Notes: a model not told the origin generated them from the sequence alone. Shown: positions 9,663 to 19,649, counted from the first letter of the stretch. The stretch: DNA of 49,481 bases from Candidatus Helarchaeota archaeon (GCA_029838215.1 JALGVI010000033.1:1-49481); one strand, 5' to 3'. A program made the numbers and translations.

Positions 9663-10574
9663 GTGAAGAACATGGTGAAATCTTATAAAGAATTGGTAAA
9701 AACAGAAACAAAGGAATATTTTCTTCCCGGAAATAGTTCTTGTGCAGGATGTGGACTCGAGCTCTCCTTAAGATGGACACTAAAAGCTTTAGGACAACGA
9801 ACCATAATTGTATGCCCTGCATCATGCACGAATGTCGTCGTGGGACTTTATCCAAAGACGGCAATGGGAATAGCGGGCACGAACATGGCATTTGCGGCAG
9901 GATGTGCGGCAGCGGCAGGCATAAGGACGGGATTAAAAGCCCGTGGAATTGATGATATCACGGTTCTTTGCTGGAGTGGTGATGGAGGAGCCTATGATAT
10001 TGGACTGCAAAGTGCTTCGGGTGCAGCAGAACGGAATGATGACATCCTTTACATATGCTATGACAATGAGGCTTACATGAACACCGGCACGCAGAGAAGT
10101 GGTGGAACTCCTTTTGGAGCATGGACGACTACAACGCCAGAAGGTAAAAGACAACATAAAAAAGACTTACCTGGCATCATTAGGGCTCATAATGTCCCGT
10201 ATGTGGCAACAGCTTCAGCAGGATATCCAAATGACCTATTCGAAAAAGTCACGAAAGCCAAGAACATGAAAGGATTCAGATACATTCATATCTTTGCTCC
10301 TTGTCCTCCAGGATGGCGATATGATACCAACTTGACGGTAGAAATAAGCAAGGATGCAGTAAAGACAGGGATGTGGGTTCTTTACGAAGTCGAAAATGGT
10401 GAGTTCAAGCTTTCGAAAGAGAGTGCTAATCTGGTCGATAAATCAAAAAGAGCTTCTATTCGGGAATATCTGAAGAAACAGGGTCGTTTTAAGCGGATGT
10501 CAGAGGATGAAATTGAAGAACTTCAAGCTTGGATCGATCACAATTGGAAAAAGATAGAAAAAAATCAAAAATAG
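9663..10574 (+). CDS. porB: 2-oxoacid:ferredoxin oxidoreductase beta subunit (TPP binding)
   Basis: CAGCG, GDGGAYDIG...DNEAYMNTG TPP motif, PCPPGW. Confidence 0.92.
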   Translation: MKNMVKSYKELVKTETKEYFLPGNSSCAGCGLELSLRWTLKALGQRTIIVCPASCTNVVVGLYPKTAMGIAGTNMAFAAGCAAAAGIRTGLKARGIDDITVLCWSGDGGAYDIGLQSASGAAERNDDILYICYDNEAYMNTGTQRSGGTPFGAWTTTTPEGKRQHKKDLPGIIRAHNVPYVATASAGYPNDLFEKVTKAKNMKGFRYIHIFAPCPPGWRYDTNLTVEISKDAVKTGMWVLYEVENGEFKLSKESANLVDKSKRASIREYLKKQGRFKRMSEDEIEELQAWIDHNWKKIEKNQK

Positions 10575-10596
10575 TGCATGAATGCTGAAATTCGCC

Positions 10597-11937
10597 TTAC
10601 CAAAACTTAATTTTTTTCTTTTTTTCTTGCTTCTTTTCAGGTTCAGTGCTTTTTTCCCGAATAGCTTCAATGAAATCTATTTTTAAGTCCATAGGATTAG
10701 AGGGCTTTGGTGGTGATATGTTTTCAACGAATACTTCAACTTTTTCGGGTTGTGCTTCTGCTTTCTCATGTTCGGATGGAGAAGATGAAAGATCATTTTC
10801 TGCTATCATTTTTTGTACGAAATCACGTGCAGGTCCTTCTGGCAAGATATCAACAACTTCTTTCATTCTATTGGCGATTTCTACATCATTTTCGGAATGA
10901 ATTGGTCCGATTTCTTCCTTCTTTTGAATTATATATTCCCTTAATTTATCAAATTTTTCTTCAACTTGTTTTATATTCTCAAGTTCTTTATCAAGATTGG
11001 ATAGATCGACTTGTTCCCCTGTTTCCATGGTTCCCCCAAAAAGTTCCTTGATATCTCCAATGTGTTGCTTCTCTTTTTCATAATCAATATGTCCATTATC
11101 GTATTCCGTGGGTTTTTTTTCTTTTTCGAGAGATTCAATATCTTCGAAGATCGATTCAGGCGTTAACTTGATTTCTTCGGGCGGTTCCGCGGAAATAGAT
11201 ACAGATTCTGCAATTTGCTTGGTTTGTAATAGGGTCTTTTTGAACTCTTCCTTCATTTTGAATTTTTCTTGAATCGAATGTGTCATTTTTTCAGCCAGTT
11301 CATGGCTTTCCTCTTCTTCTTCGGTCTTTTCGGGTTCGGAAGGCTCTGGCTCTAGAACCAGTGGTTCACTGGTTTTTGCTTCATTCTCGGTTGTTTCCTT
11401 AACGGGTTCAACAATCGGAATGGCTTCAGGAATTCCTAAAGCAGAAGCATCAAATGGTTCGCTTTTATTAACGGGCTCTGGCTTAGCTTGTAAATCAACT
11501 TCTGCAGTCTCCGTTTCGGTATTTAGCGAAGCAAATTCCTCTCGAAGAGTTTTTAAAGATTCTACTTCAGGAGATAGATGAATGGGTTTGGGACTCGGCA
11601 GGCTTGTGGATGAATCAGCCGGTGTAGTGGATACCGTTATTTCAAAGGCATGGGGTGCAATTTCTTTTATCCCTTTTGTTTCGATAATTTTAACGTCCTT
11701 CGAGGTAAATGTTTGGTCTTCAAATTCATCTAGGAACGTTTTAAAATCTTCGTATTCATCTATTGATAATTCAATTGCGATTTTCTGCCCTTGGTTTTCT
11801 AATTCCAAGCCAATGGCAGATAATATACCATTAACCTCAATAGATTTGAGTATTATGGCTTGAACCTTGCCATTTTTTGTTCGTTTTCGTTGATATATTT
11901 TTTCTATTCTTTTCAATGCCTCCCAAGTCAAGAACAT
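10597..11937 (-). CDS. Hypothetical protein: small N-terminal domain plus long acidic, Pro/Glu-rich region
   Basis: ATG at 11937 after CGGTG preferred over the track start; E/P/K-rich low-complexity body. Confidence 0.7.
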   Translation of the reverse strand: MFLTWEALKRIEKIYQRKRTKNGKVQAIILKSIEVNGILSAIGLELENQGQKIAIELSIDEYEDFKTFLDEFEDQTFTSKDVKIIETKGIKEIAPHAFEITVSTTPADSSTSLPSPKPIHLSPEVESLKTLREEFASLNTETETAEVDLQAKPEPVNKSEPFDASALGIPEAIPIVEPVKETTENEAKTSEPLVLEPEPSEPEKTEEEEESHELAEKMTHSIQEKFKMKEEFKKTLLQTKQIAESVSISAEPPEEIKLTPESIFEDIESLEKEKKPTEYDNGHIDYEKEKQHIGDIKELFGGTMETGEQVDLSNLDKELENIKQVEEKFDKLREYIIQKKEEIGPIHSENDVEIANRMKEVVDILPEGPARDFVQKMIAENDLSSSPSEHEKAEAQPEKVEVFVENISPPKPSNPMDLKIDFIEAIREKSTEPEKKQEKKKKIKFW

Positions 11938-12027
11938 CACCGAATCGTAAACTTGCACTAGGAGAAGTTGTAAAAATTCTCTAGTAGAAGTAAATAAATT
12001 CAATTATAAAAATATGAAATCAAGTTG

Positions 12028-12615
12028 TCACCGCCTTTTTTCTGCAATCTTCCTGAAAGTCCAATTTAGTGTCCTTTGAATCTCTTGTAATCGTTCAGAC
12101 GACCCATAATTGTAAATCGTGATATTTTTAATGGAGCCATTTTCATCCTTGTGAACAAAATAATTGAATCTACGGTCTTCAGGAATTTTCTTTCCCGTGG
12201 TGGGTTTTTCATCTGCTAATTTAAATTTATTTAGAATTTTTCCAATGAAGAATGAACGAAGCGGAGCATCATCATCTGTTAGAATAAAATCCTTTTCGGG
12301 CGTGATTTGAATTGTATCGCCTCGAATTTTATAAGTTCCCAATAACGTCCCTTCAGCGGATTTAATCTCATGGACAACCTCTTCTTGCTGAACTTCTTCA
12401 ACGAGTGGTTTTTTGGCTTCGGTTTTGGGTTTTTCTTGTTTTTGTGAAACGTATAAATCCGCAGCGGTCTTGAAGCTTTCTTTTATTAACAAAGAATCTA
12501 CCTGTTCAATGGCTTTTTTATAGATGTTGAGTTCTTCTTCAATTCTTGCCTTTTCCATCTCGAGATCTTTGATTTTTTTATTTAAAAAAGTCTTAAGCTC
12601 CGCAATTTCCTTCAA
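12028..12615 (-). CDS. Hypothetical protein with N-terminal coiled coil and globular C-terminal domain
   Basis: Heptads LKTFLNKKIKDLEMEKARIEEEL; C-terminus resembles, from memory, a conserved TACK/Asgard hypothetical family. Confidence 0.7.
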   Translation of the reverse strand: MKEIAELKTFLNKKIKDLEMEKARIEEELNIYKKAIEQVDSLLIKESFKTAADLYVSQKQEKPKTEAKKPLVEEVQQEEVVHEIKSAEGTLLGTYKIRGDTIQITPEKDFILTDDDAPLRSFFIGKILNKFKLADEKPTTGKKIPEDRRFNYFVHKDENGSIKNITIYNYGSSERLQEIQRTLNWTFRKIAEKRR

Positions 12616-12753
12616 GCAATCGCCTCATTAAAAGAAAGAATTCTGAAAGAATGGATTTCATTAATGGATTTCTTCGTTTATAGATTAAAAAAATGATCTA
12701 ATAAACGACACAAAACGAGGAAGATCATGAAAATGATATTGTAGTTTTGACGA

Positions 12754-13362
12754 TTAAAATAGCTCTTTTGGAATGGCAAGCAGGCGTCCATGTGCGTATT
12801 CGTGTAATTTTACCATTGCATCAATAACATCAGCACGTATAAAACCACTGACATTTATAATTCGGCGATTTTTCTTGACTAGTGCAATCAATTTTTTATT
12901 AGCTTCGATTTCAGGCATGATGTATTGCAGGCATTCTTCTCCAGAAGCAAAACCAGTTTTATATAAATCTTCCCAAGTTTCAACGTTTGATGAATCCATC
13001 AGGAGTTTATTGTAAAATTTTATGCGATTTTTGTAAGAATCACGGAGATATCCGCGGGCTTCAGGATAAAGTGATAGCGATTTCCTGAGATTTTGATTGA
13101 TGGGATCTGTTGCAAGCAACTCTTCCAAGTGTTCGGATACTACTGCATCGATATCAGAAATACGTTCTTTAGAAGCCACGGCCACGATCTTTTCAAGTAA
13201 TTTAATCGTTCGTTGGCGTTGTTCGGGTCCGATTACGAGTTTAAAAACGGGTTCAATTAACGAGCCCACTAAAGTCTTTCGCAGATCTTCCGATAGATAT
13301 TCCACGCCGCGATCCACTTCTGCCACTAGATAATCCTTGAGAATGGTAATTTTTCGTTCCAC
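12754..13362 (-). CDS. Hypothetical all-alpha protein
   Basis: 202-aa ORF with amphipathic helical composition. Confidence 0.65.
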   Translation of the reverse strand: MERKITILKDYLVAEVDRGVEYLSEDLRKTLVGSLIEPVFKLVIGPEQRQRTIKLLEKIVAVASKERISDIDAVVSEHLEELLATDPINQNLRKSLSLYPEARGYLRDSYKNRIKFYNKLLMDSSNVETWEDLYKTGFASGEECLQYIMPEIEANKKLIALVKKNRRIINVSGFIRADVIDAMVKLHEYAHGRLLAIPKELF

Positions 13363-13409
13363 GATTTTTCACTTGTCATCAATTGTTTTCTGCGCTTTTT
13401 CAGGCAAGT

Positions 13410-14096
13410 TCATAATTGAGTTATCAGATAAGTGCAGTGATCTTTTCCGTCACATCTACATTCTATCTCTTTCACGTCGACCTTTGTCGATGCAATGAGA
13501 TTTTCGATAATGCCTTTGAGAAGCCCTGCTTGAATTTCACAAATAGATCTATATTCTTGCTTCCCTTCACATATACAATTTTCAATGGTTAGAAGGAAGC
13601 TCTTGTGAGAATTTTCCTGATTGATGTGAACTTGGGCTTTCACGTTCGGAATGGGATAAGTTATCTCTACCGCAATGGCTGCAAGTTGCGTGATATTTTC
13701 AAATGTAAATTCGAAACCATTAAATTGCTTTGTATAGATATCCGTGGCACCTTTTTTCGCCATTGCATATCCGATTTCTCGTGCTTTTTTTGGGTCTTCC
13801 AAGAAATCGTTGAAAAAAACGGAATGTAGAAGCTGATAAAAAGAAACCATGTAATTTGCCCGTTCTTCGAACGTCTTGGATTTTCTTTGGGGATAGAATA
13901 ACTTTGCGGTCTTTCCCCTCTCGACTTTATAGATTAGCTCCTTCCCCGCCATTATTTCCAAGTATTTTGCCGTGGAATTCCTGTTTAAACCAATTTTTTC
14001 GGCAATTTGTGTTACAGTTAGCCCCAAATCCTCTTTTTCCAAGATATTAAGGATTTTAAACTGTGTTTCTGACGATCTTTTCGCCATAAATTTCAC
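13410..14096 (-). CDS. Winged-HTH regulator with C-terminal V4R domain
   Basis: LTVTQIAEKIGLNRNSTAKYL HTH; CICEG...CEIQAGLLKG...EIECRCDGKDHCTY V4R cysteine pattern. Confidence 0.85.
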   Translation of the reverse strand: MKFMAKRSSETQFKILNILEKEDLGLTVTQIAEKIGLNRNSTAKYLEIMAGKELIYKVERGKTAKLFYPQRKSKTFEERANYMVSFYQLLHSVFFNDFLEDPKKAREIGYAMAKKGATDIYTKQFNGFEFTFENITQLAAIAVEITYPIPNVKAQVHINQENSHKSFLLTIENCICEGKQEYRSICEIQAGLLKGIIENLIASTKVDVKEIECRCDGKDHCTYLITQL

Positions 14097-14596
14097 GAGC
14101 TAAATCATGATTTAATGGGATTTTTTCCTTTTAAGGAGTTAATGAACATTAAGAAATCAAGAGATATTTAAATTTTTTTAACCGAAAAAATTAATAAACA
14201 AAGCATTTTTTTTTAATAAGAATGCTGTTCTTTTTTCTCATGTTAAAATGTAATCGAATTTTAGTGGTTTGAAACCTATTGTTGTACTGGTGCATTCTTT
14301 TTTTTACGTGAGAATCGATTTGGAGGGATTTTTTTCTGATAGCCAGAAAAATGTCTAGTGGAAAACTTAAATTTGACTTGAATAATTGCCGACTGAACTA
14401 AAATCGAATCATTTTGTTTTCTTAAACGATTTACTTGGCTCTGCTTGTATTCAAATTGAAAACGGCAAAAATACAAAAAAAGAACGTTGAAAAACAGTTT
14501 GAATTTCATCGAGCAGCAGAAAAATCCTTGGATATAATTATTTGTTTTTGCTCTAAACGATTCATTTATTAGATAATCTAGACATAATTTAGGAGG

Positions 14597-15217
14597 ATGG
14601 TAGAAAATAATCTTCCTTCAGAAATCATGATACCGAAAGATGAAAAAATTCTCTTGAGATTCAGACGTGAATTTTCTGCACTCATCATACCATATATAGT
14701 AAATGTCTTGATCGGTCTCGGGGCGATAGTAGTCATCTTTTCCATAATTGAAGCCGTATTGTTAGTTTATTTCAGGTTATGGTTTTTGATTATCAATGCT
14801 TTAATGATTAATTTTGGAAATTATTTCACGTTATCGCTTATAGGGATTATTCCGGGATTATTATTCGTTCCAATTATCGGTTATTTTTATTGCAGGTCTC
14901 ACGTGTATTTAATTACAGACAGACGGCTCATCATTTATTGGAAATTCTTTTTCATTAGGATTCGGGAGACAAAACTCGAGAAGATGACTGATTTGACGGT
15001 AAAACAGGGATTGCTCGGGCGTATATTTCGGTTTGGTGACATTAATCCGATCACTCCAGGATTGCAGGCGAAAATACCCAGACAATCTGGTAGCTCGACA
15101 GCAGATGCTGCTCAAACGGCTCAAACCGTAACGTTCATGGGATTTGCAGGAGTAAAGTCTCCGTTTGACATCACGTATAAATTTAAATCCATTGTCAAGT
15201 TTGGGAAAATTATTTGA
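14597..15217 (+). CDS. Membrane protein with two TMs and a bPH_2-type PH domain (array gene 1)
   Basis: Two hydrophobic helices, then YLITDRRLII...QGLLGRIFRFGDI; AGGAGG SD. Confidence 0.8.
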   Translation: MVENNLPSEIMIPKDEKILLRFRREFSALIIPYIVNVLIGLGAIVVIFSIIEAVLLVYFRLWFLIINALMINFGNYFTLSLIGIIPGLLFVPIIGYFYCRSHVYLITDRRLIIYWKFFFIRIRETKLEKMTDLTVKQGLLGRIFRFGDINPITPGLQAKIPRQSGSSTADAAQTAQTVTFMGFAGVKSPFDITYKFKSIVKFGKII

Positions 15218-15236
15218 TTTGGAGGTTCGTGTTAAA

Positions 15237-15788
15237 ATGCAGATAGATGAAGATATTCCGGACATTATTGACCTTGAATTTGACGAGAAAGTAATCCACA
15301 TCCTCCATAGAAAGTTTATCTCTTTTATTTTTCCATTTTTAATGATATTAGCAATAATTGTCGGGTCGACACTGACAGGTTTTCTAGGAATTTTATTCGA
15401 TCCTTTTATCTTATTCTATGTTTTACCCGTCATTATCATCGTTATCGGTTTCATTTTAGGTACCGTGATTTCAGTTGGACTACTGCTCGGATATTTCTAT
15501 TGTCGCGGACATGTATATTTAATCACGAACAAGAGAATTATCTATTACATGAAATTCGTGTCGAAGAACCTACGTGAATTGAGATATCCAAAAATCTCAG
15601 ATACCGTCTTTCAGCAAGGACCGTTTGGACGGTTGTTTAATTATTCTTCGATTACATTAACCAGTCCAGGCATGGAAGGCGGCTTTACGGCGCGTGGAGG
15701 ATTCACGTTTTTATTCTCAATTAAAGGAATTGAAAATGGTTTGACGATTCGGGAAGATATAATTAAATTAATTGATTTGGCTGGATAA
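15237..15788 (+). CDS. Membrane protein with bPH_2-type PH domain (array gene 2)
   Basis: YLITNKRII...QQGPFGRLFNYSSI; ATG at 15237 after GGAGGT. Confidence 0.8.
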   Translation: MQIDEDIPDIIDLEFDEKVIHILHRKFISFIFPFLMILAIIVGSTLTGFLGILFDPFILFYVLPVIIIVIGFILGTVISVGLLLGYFYCRGHVYLITNKRIIYYMKFVSKNLRELRYPKISDTVFQQGPFGRLFNYSSITLTSPGMEGGFTARGGFTFLFSIKGIENGLTIREDIIKLIDLAG

Positions 15789-15789
15789 A

Positions 15790-16377
15790 ATGAGCACGAA
15801 TACTGCACCACGAAAAATACCTGAAGAGATTTCCTTGAATGGAGATGAATCCATCGAATTAACATATTCTCGAAACCTCACTTCTTATATCCTGACTCGC
15901 ATCATTCCCGGGATTTTTTTTGTATTGTTATTATTCATTATTCTTAATTTCATCATGTCCTTATTCTTTTTTACACTTATTACCTATTCAGGATTCTCCA
16001 TTATCTTGTACCTCCAAGTCACATTCGTCATCAATGTTACATTGTTGAGTATCTTCTTCCCGATAATTCTCCTTGCCATAATTTTTGCAAGGGCTTATTG
16101 CAATTCTCATATCTACATCGTAACCAATAAAAGAATTATTATTTTCCGCAAATTCATCATCATCACGAGACGTGATGTTTGGTTTGATCGTATTTCGGAT
16201 CTCTTGGTCATCCAGGGTCCCGTGGGTAGATGGAAAAAATACGGCGAGATCCAGCCATTGACACCGGGATTGGAAGTGGGAATGGCTCAGGTACTTCATT
16301 CTTTTTTAGGAATTTCATCTCCATATGAAAGTAAGAAAGAAATAATTAAGATTATTCAGAAATATCGAAAAGAGTAA
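15790..16377 (+). CDS. Membrane protein with bPH_2-type PH domain (array gene 3)
   Basis: YIVTNKRII...QGPVGRWKKYGEI; ATG follows the gene 2 stop after 1 nt. Confidence 0.8.
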   Translation: MSTNTAPRKIPEEISLNGDESIELTYSRNLTSYILTRIIPGIFFVLLLFIILNFIMSLFFFTLITYSGFSIILYLQVTFVINVTLLSIFFPIILLAIIFARAYCNSHIYIVTNKRIIIFRKFIIITRRDVWFDRISDLLVIQGPVGRWKKYGEIQPLTPGLEVGMAQVLHSFLGISSPYESKKEIIKIIQKYRKE

Positions 16378-16395
16378 CCAATCAAGGTAAACATC

Positions 16396-17589
16396 ATGAA
16401 TGTTCCTCATGAAATCCAGCTTGAAAAGAACGAAACCGTGAAGTACATTTTACTACGGAAATACCAATCTTTTTTCTTTCCAGTTGTAATAGCATTTACA
16501 GTCTTAATTATCATAGTTGCGGTTATCGCTTCAACATTAATGCTTTCGATGTTCAAGAGTTCTTCATACTTCGGCATCATGTATCCTAGTGTCATGTTCT
16601 TTGTCGTGATAAGCCTGATTGCATTAATGGTGCTTGCATTGGTTCTTGGATGGTTTTATGTCAAGTCACATAAATACATCATTACGAATAAGAGAATCAT
16701 CATCTACAAGAAGTTTGTTTCTTTATCGCAAAGGGAATTGACTTTTTCTCGAATTACGGATTTATTAATGAACGTGGGTCTTTTTGGACGTATTTTTGGT
16801 TATGGTACAATAATTCCCGTGTCTGGAGCAATGGAGACCATTTATGCCCCTAGCTTGAGTTGTGCAATTTCCGGTATTCCCAATCCATCAGAAATCTTCG
16901 AGACCATCACGGCTCTCCGACTTGAACATGAGAAAGCCATTCCCGTTGAAATCCCAGAACTCGAAATTGAAGAACAAATCATAGATAGAGGAAAGCTTCC
17001 TTCACAAATTCGATTATTTCCTAATGAAAAAATCGTGATGGTTCTTAATAGAAAGTATTTTTCGTTTTTCTTTTCAGTAGTTTGGTTTCCAATAATTAGT
17101 TTGATTATTAGCTTGATTTTTACCATAAATTATTCGACCTTATTCGGAGTAGCAATGTCCATCACGGCTTCAGATCCAGAATTTCTTTCAATAGTGGTCA
17201 TGTTGTTCATGATCCTTCCTTTTATTCTTTGGATCATCACGGTAATTGGTGTTATTGCCTTGATTCTGGGTTATTTTTACACGCGAGGACATCTATACTT
17301 GATAACAGACCAGAGGATCATCATGATTCGTATCTTTATTATCATTCGTTACCGAGAGCTCGATTATGAAGATATCAGCGACTTGGTGATTTTCCAGGGT
17401 CCATTTGGTCGAATATTCAAATATGGAAACTGTCGACCGCTTACCTTGGGAATGGAATTTGGTTTGTCATCCTTTCTCTCTGCCTTAAATGGCATTCCGA
17501 ATCCTCACGAATTTCGCGATTTTAATATCTTGTCGATTATCTTATTGTTAACCGTGATGACAACCATTTCTTTGAGAAAATACTTATAA
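16396..17589 (+). CDS. Membrane protein with two TM-TM-bPH_2 units (array gene 4)
   Basis: Two internal repeats: YIITNKRII...VGLFGRIFGYG and YLITDQRII...QGPFGRIFKYG. Confidence 0.8.
   Translation: MNVPHEIQLEKNETVKYILLRKYQSFFFPVVIAFTVLIIIVAVIASTLMLSMFKSSSYFGIMYPSVMFFVVISLIALMVLALVLGWFYVKSHKYIITNKRIIIYKKFVSLSQRELTFSRITDLLMNVGLFGRIFGYGTIIPVSGAMETIYAPSLSCAISGIPNPSEIFETITALRLEHEKAIPVEIPELEIEEQIIDRGKLPSQIRLFPNEKIVMVLNRKYFSFFFSVVWFPIISLIISLIFTINYSTLFGVAMSITASDPEFLSIVVMLFMILPFILWIITVIGVIALILGYFYTRGHLYLITDQRIIMIRIFIIIRYRELDYEDISDLVIFQGPFGRIFKYGNCRPLTLGMEFGLSSFLSALNGIPNPHEFRDFNILSIILLLTVMTTISLRKYL
17404..17579 (+). repeat. Direct repeat copy 1 (3' end of array gene 4)
   Basis: Matches 18488..18669 except a 6-nt indel (AAAAAA) and one substitution (G17547 vs A18637), compared base by base. 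Confidence 0.95.
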
Positions 17590-17787
17590 CAGTAAAAAAT
17601 TCAAGTAAATTTTATGTTAATACCTTTATATTCGTTATTTCTTTCATCTATTAGCAATTATTTCGTCATAGAACGGTACATTGCTGTCATTCACAGAGAC
17701 ACCGCCCCCTTCTGTATTGCTCTGAATCATAGTTCTATTTTAAAATGTTTTTATAATTAACAAACACATTAAATAACTAGATAAAAT

Positions 17788-18246
17788 ATGACGCATAAAA
17801 TCAAAGTATATCTGGATACATCAGTCATTTCAGCACTTTTTGACCAAAGAAATCCTGAGAGACAAGCCTTAACGCGTGAATTCTTTGATTCCCTTGAAAA
17901 AATAGAAGTATATATATCAGAAATAACCTTGTTAGAAATAGACCATATTCCTAATATCGAATTGAAGAAGAATATCAATCAAATTGTAAAAGAATTCAAT
18001 GTTTTAGAACTAGGAAAAGATACAGAAGAATTGGCACAAAAATATGTAGAAATGGGAGCAGTCCCCAAGAAATTCTCAGAAGATGCTTTTCATATTGCCG
18101 TGGCAGTCATGTATGAAATGGATTATCTTTTAAGCTGGAATTTTAAACACATTGTAAAGAGAAAAACAAAGGATATTGTGAGAATGGTCAATACTATTAA
18201 TGGATTTAGACATATTGAGATAATGACGCCTGCAGAATTTACATGA
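17788..18246 (+). CDS. PIN-domain (VapC-like) toxin
   Basis: YLDTSV, ITLLE, EDAFHIAVA, LLSWNFKHIV, IMTPAE acidic PIN residues. Confidence 0.88.
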   Translation: MTHKIKVYLDTSVISALFDQRNPERQALTREFFDSLEKIEVYISEITLLEIDHIPNIELKKNINQIVKEFNVLELGKDTEELAQKYVEMGAVPKKFSEDAFHIAVAVMYEMDYLLSWNFKHIVKRKTKDIVRMVNTINGFRHIEIMTPAEFT

Positions 18247-18255
18247 GAGGATTAC

Positions 18256-18447
18256 ATGAATGATGCAAGAAATGATGAGCTAAAGGAAATTAAAAAACTA
18301 ATTGAAACAGAGTTTGTAGACGATCCTGCTTTACAACAAGTTCATATTGCAAGAAAAATAATTCAAATGGAAGCAAAATCGGAAGGTCTATCCTTTTTCG
18401 AATTCGTTAAAAAGCAGATAAAGCAAATGAAATCTATTTCTAAATAG
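18256..18447 (+). CDS. Small protein, putative antitoxin partner
   Basis: 63 aa, 9 nt after the PIN gene with GAGAGG SD; role inferred from position only. Confidence 0.55.
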   Translation: MNDARNDELKEIKKLIETEFVDDPALQQVHIARKIIQMEAKSEGLSFFEFVKKQIKQMKSISK

Positions 18448-18487
18448 AAAATTGGAATTTGATATTTTTTTTATTAATTTAAAATTG

Positions 18488-18669
18488 TTTGGTCGAATAT
18501 TCAAATATGGAAACTGTCGACCGCTTACCTTGGGAATGGAATTTGGTTTGTCATCCTTTCTCTCTGCCTTAAATGGCATTCCGAATCCTCACGAATTTCG
18601 CAAAAAAGATTTTAATATCTTGTCGATTATCTTATTATTAACCGTGATGACAACCATTTCTTTGAGAAA
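18488..18669 (+). repeat. Direct repeat copy 2 (orphan 3' fragment of the bPH_2 gene)
   Basis: See copy 1; encodes FGRIFKYG...HEFRKKDFNILS without the upstream part of the gene. Confidence 0.95.
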
Positions 18670-18752
18670 GCACTTGAAATATTAGATTTTTAAAGCAAGT
18701 TTTAGATCTATAAAGAGAAATCCCCCTTTCTTTACGGCTAAGGTGTTTTGTC

Positions 18753-19631
18753 ATGAAATGGAAGACTCGTATAACAGAAATGACGAAAACCGAGTTCCCC
18801 ATCATTCAAGGTGCTTTTGCAATTTTTGGTAAACGGACATTTGCCGCTCCAGTATCCGAGGCTGGCGGTTTAGGAATAATAACGGCACATAATTTTCAAA
18901 CTGCAAGAGCATTCCAAAAAGAACTTAAAAAAATGAAGGAACTTACTCAAAAACCATTTGGAGTTAATTTCTCAATTGCGCCTCCGGGACATACTCGACT
19001 TGTTCCTGAAGAGCTCTTGCTGGATTACGTTGACATTGCTTTAGATGAAGGCGTGAAAATCATCACGACATCAGCATACAAAGCTGCAGAGATTGGAAAG
19101 AAAGTGCATGCCAAGCAAGGATGTTTTTGGTTCCATAAGTGTGCCACGATGAAGCATGCGTTAGCAGCCCAACGTCATGGAGCTGATGCGGTTACGATCG
19201 TGGGACTTGAGGGAACGGGTTTTAAAAATCCGCTTCAAAATACGACTTTAATAAATATGACTCTCGCCCGAAAGGCAGGTATAACGGTTCCATTAATAGC
19301 GGCAGGCGGTATTGGAGACGCTCGAGGATTCTTAGCTGCTTTAGCAATGGGTGCTGATGCCGTTTGTTTTGGCACCAAGTTAATGGGGACTACGGAATTT
19401 CCTGCTAGAGGCAATTTCAAACAGCGCTTGGTAGAAATGGATAGTTTTAACGAGGATTTCTATAAGAAAATCTACCATGGTAAGTTACGGGATTCGCCAA
19501 TTGCGAGCATGGCGGTGGGATTCATTGATCGCATTATTTCCATCAAGGAGTTCATTGATGGTGTCATGATCGAGGCGGAAAAGATCCTTCGAGCATGGGG
19601 ATTTTCAGGAGATACGTTCACGACCTTCTGA
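18753..19631 (+). CDS. Nitronate monooxygenase / FabK-like FMN oxidoreductase
   Basis: PIIQGA, SEAGGLGII, KPFGVNF, G-L-E-G-T-G, IAAGGIGDARG, LAMGADAVCFGT. Confidence 0.85.
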   Translation: MKWKTRITEMTKTEFPIIQGAFAIFGKRTFAAPVSEAGGLGIITAHNFQTARAFQKELKKMKELTQKPFGVNFSIAPPGHTRLVPEELLLDYVDIALDEGVKIITTSAYKAAEIGKKVHAKQGCFWFHKCATMKHALAAQRHGADAVTIVGLEGTGFKNPLQNTTLINMTLARKAGITVPLIAAGGIGDARGFLAALAMGADAVCFGTKLMGTTEFPARGNFKQRLVEMDSFNEDFYKKIYHGKLRDSPIASMAVGFIDRIISIKEFIDGVMIEAEKILRAWGFSGDTFTTF

Positions 19632-19649
19632 AAAATGCGCCTTTTCTTT

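Noticed and set aside
14276-14509. 77-aa minus-strand ORF in the regulator/array spacer
   Set aside because: Low-complexity AT-rich sequence with no SD or motif; cannot be supported.
17510-17570. Antisense MVVITVNNKIIDKILK resembling the start of ORF 6024..6473 (MVLVNNKIL)
   Set aside because: Only a few residues match and the frame stops after 20 codons; likely coincidence.
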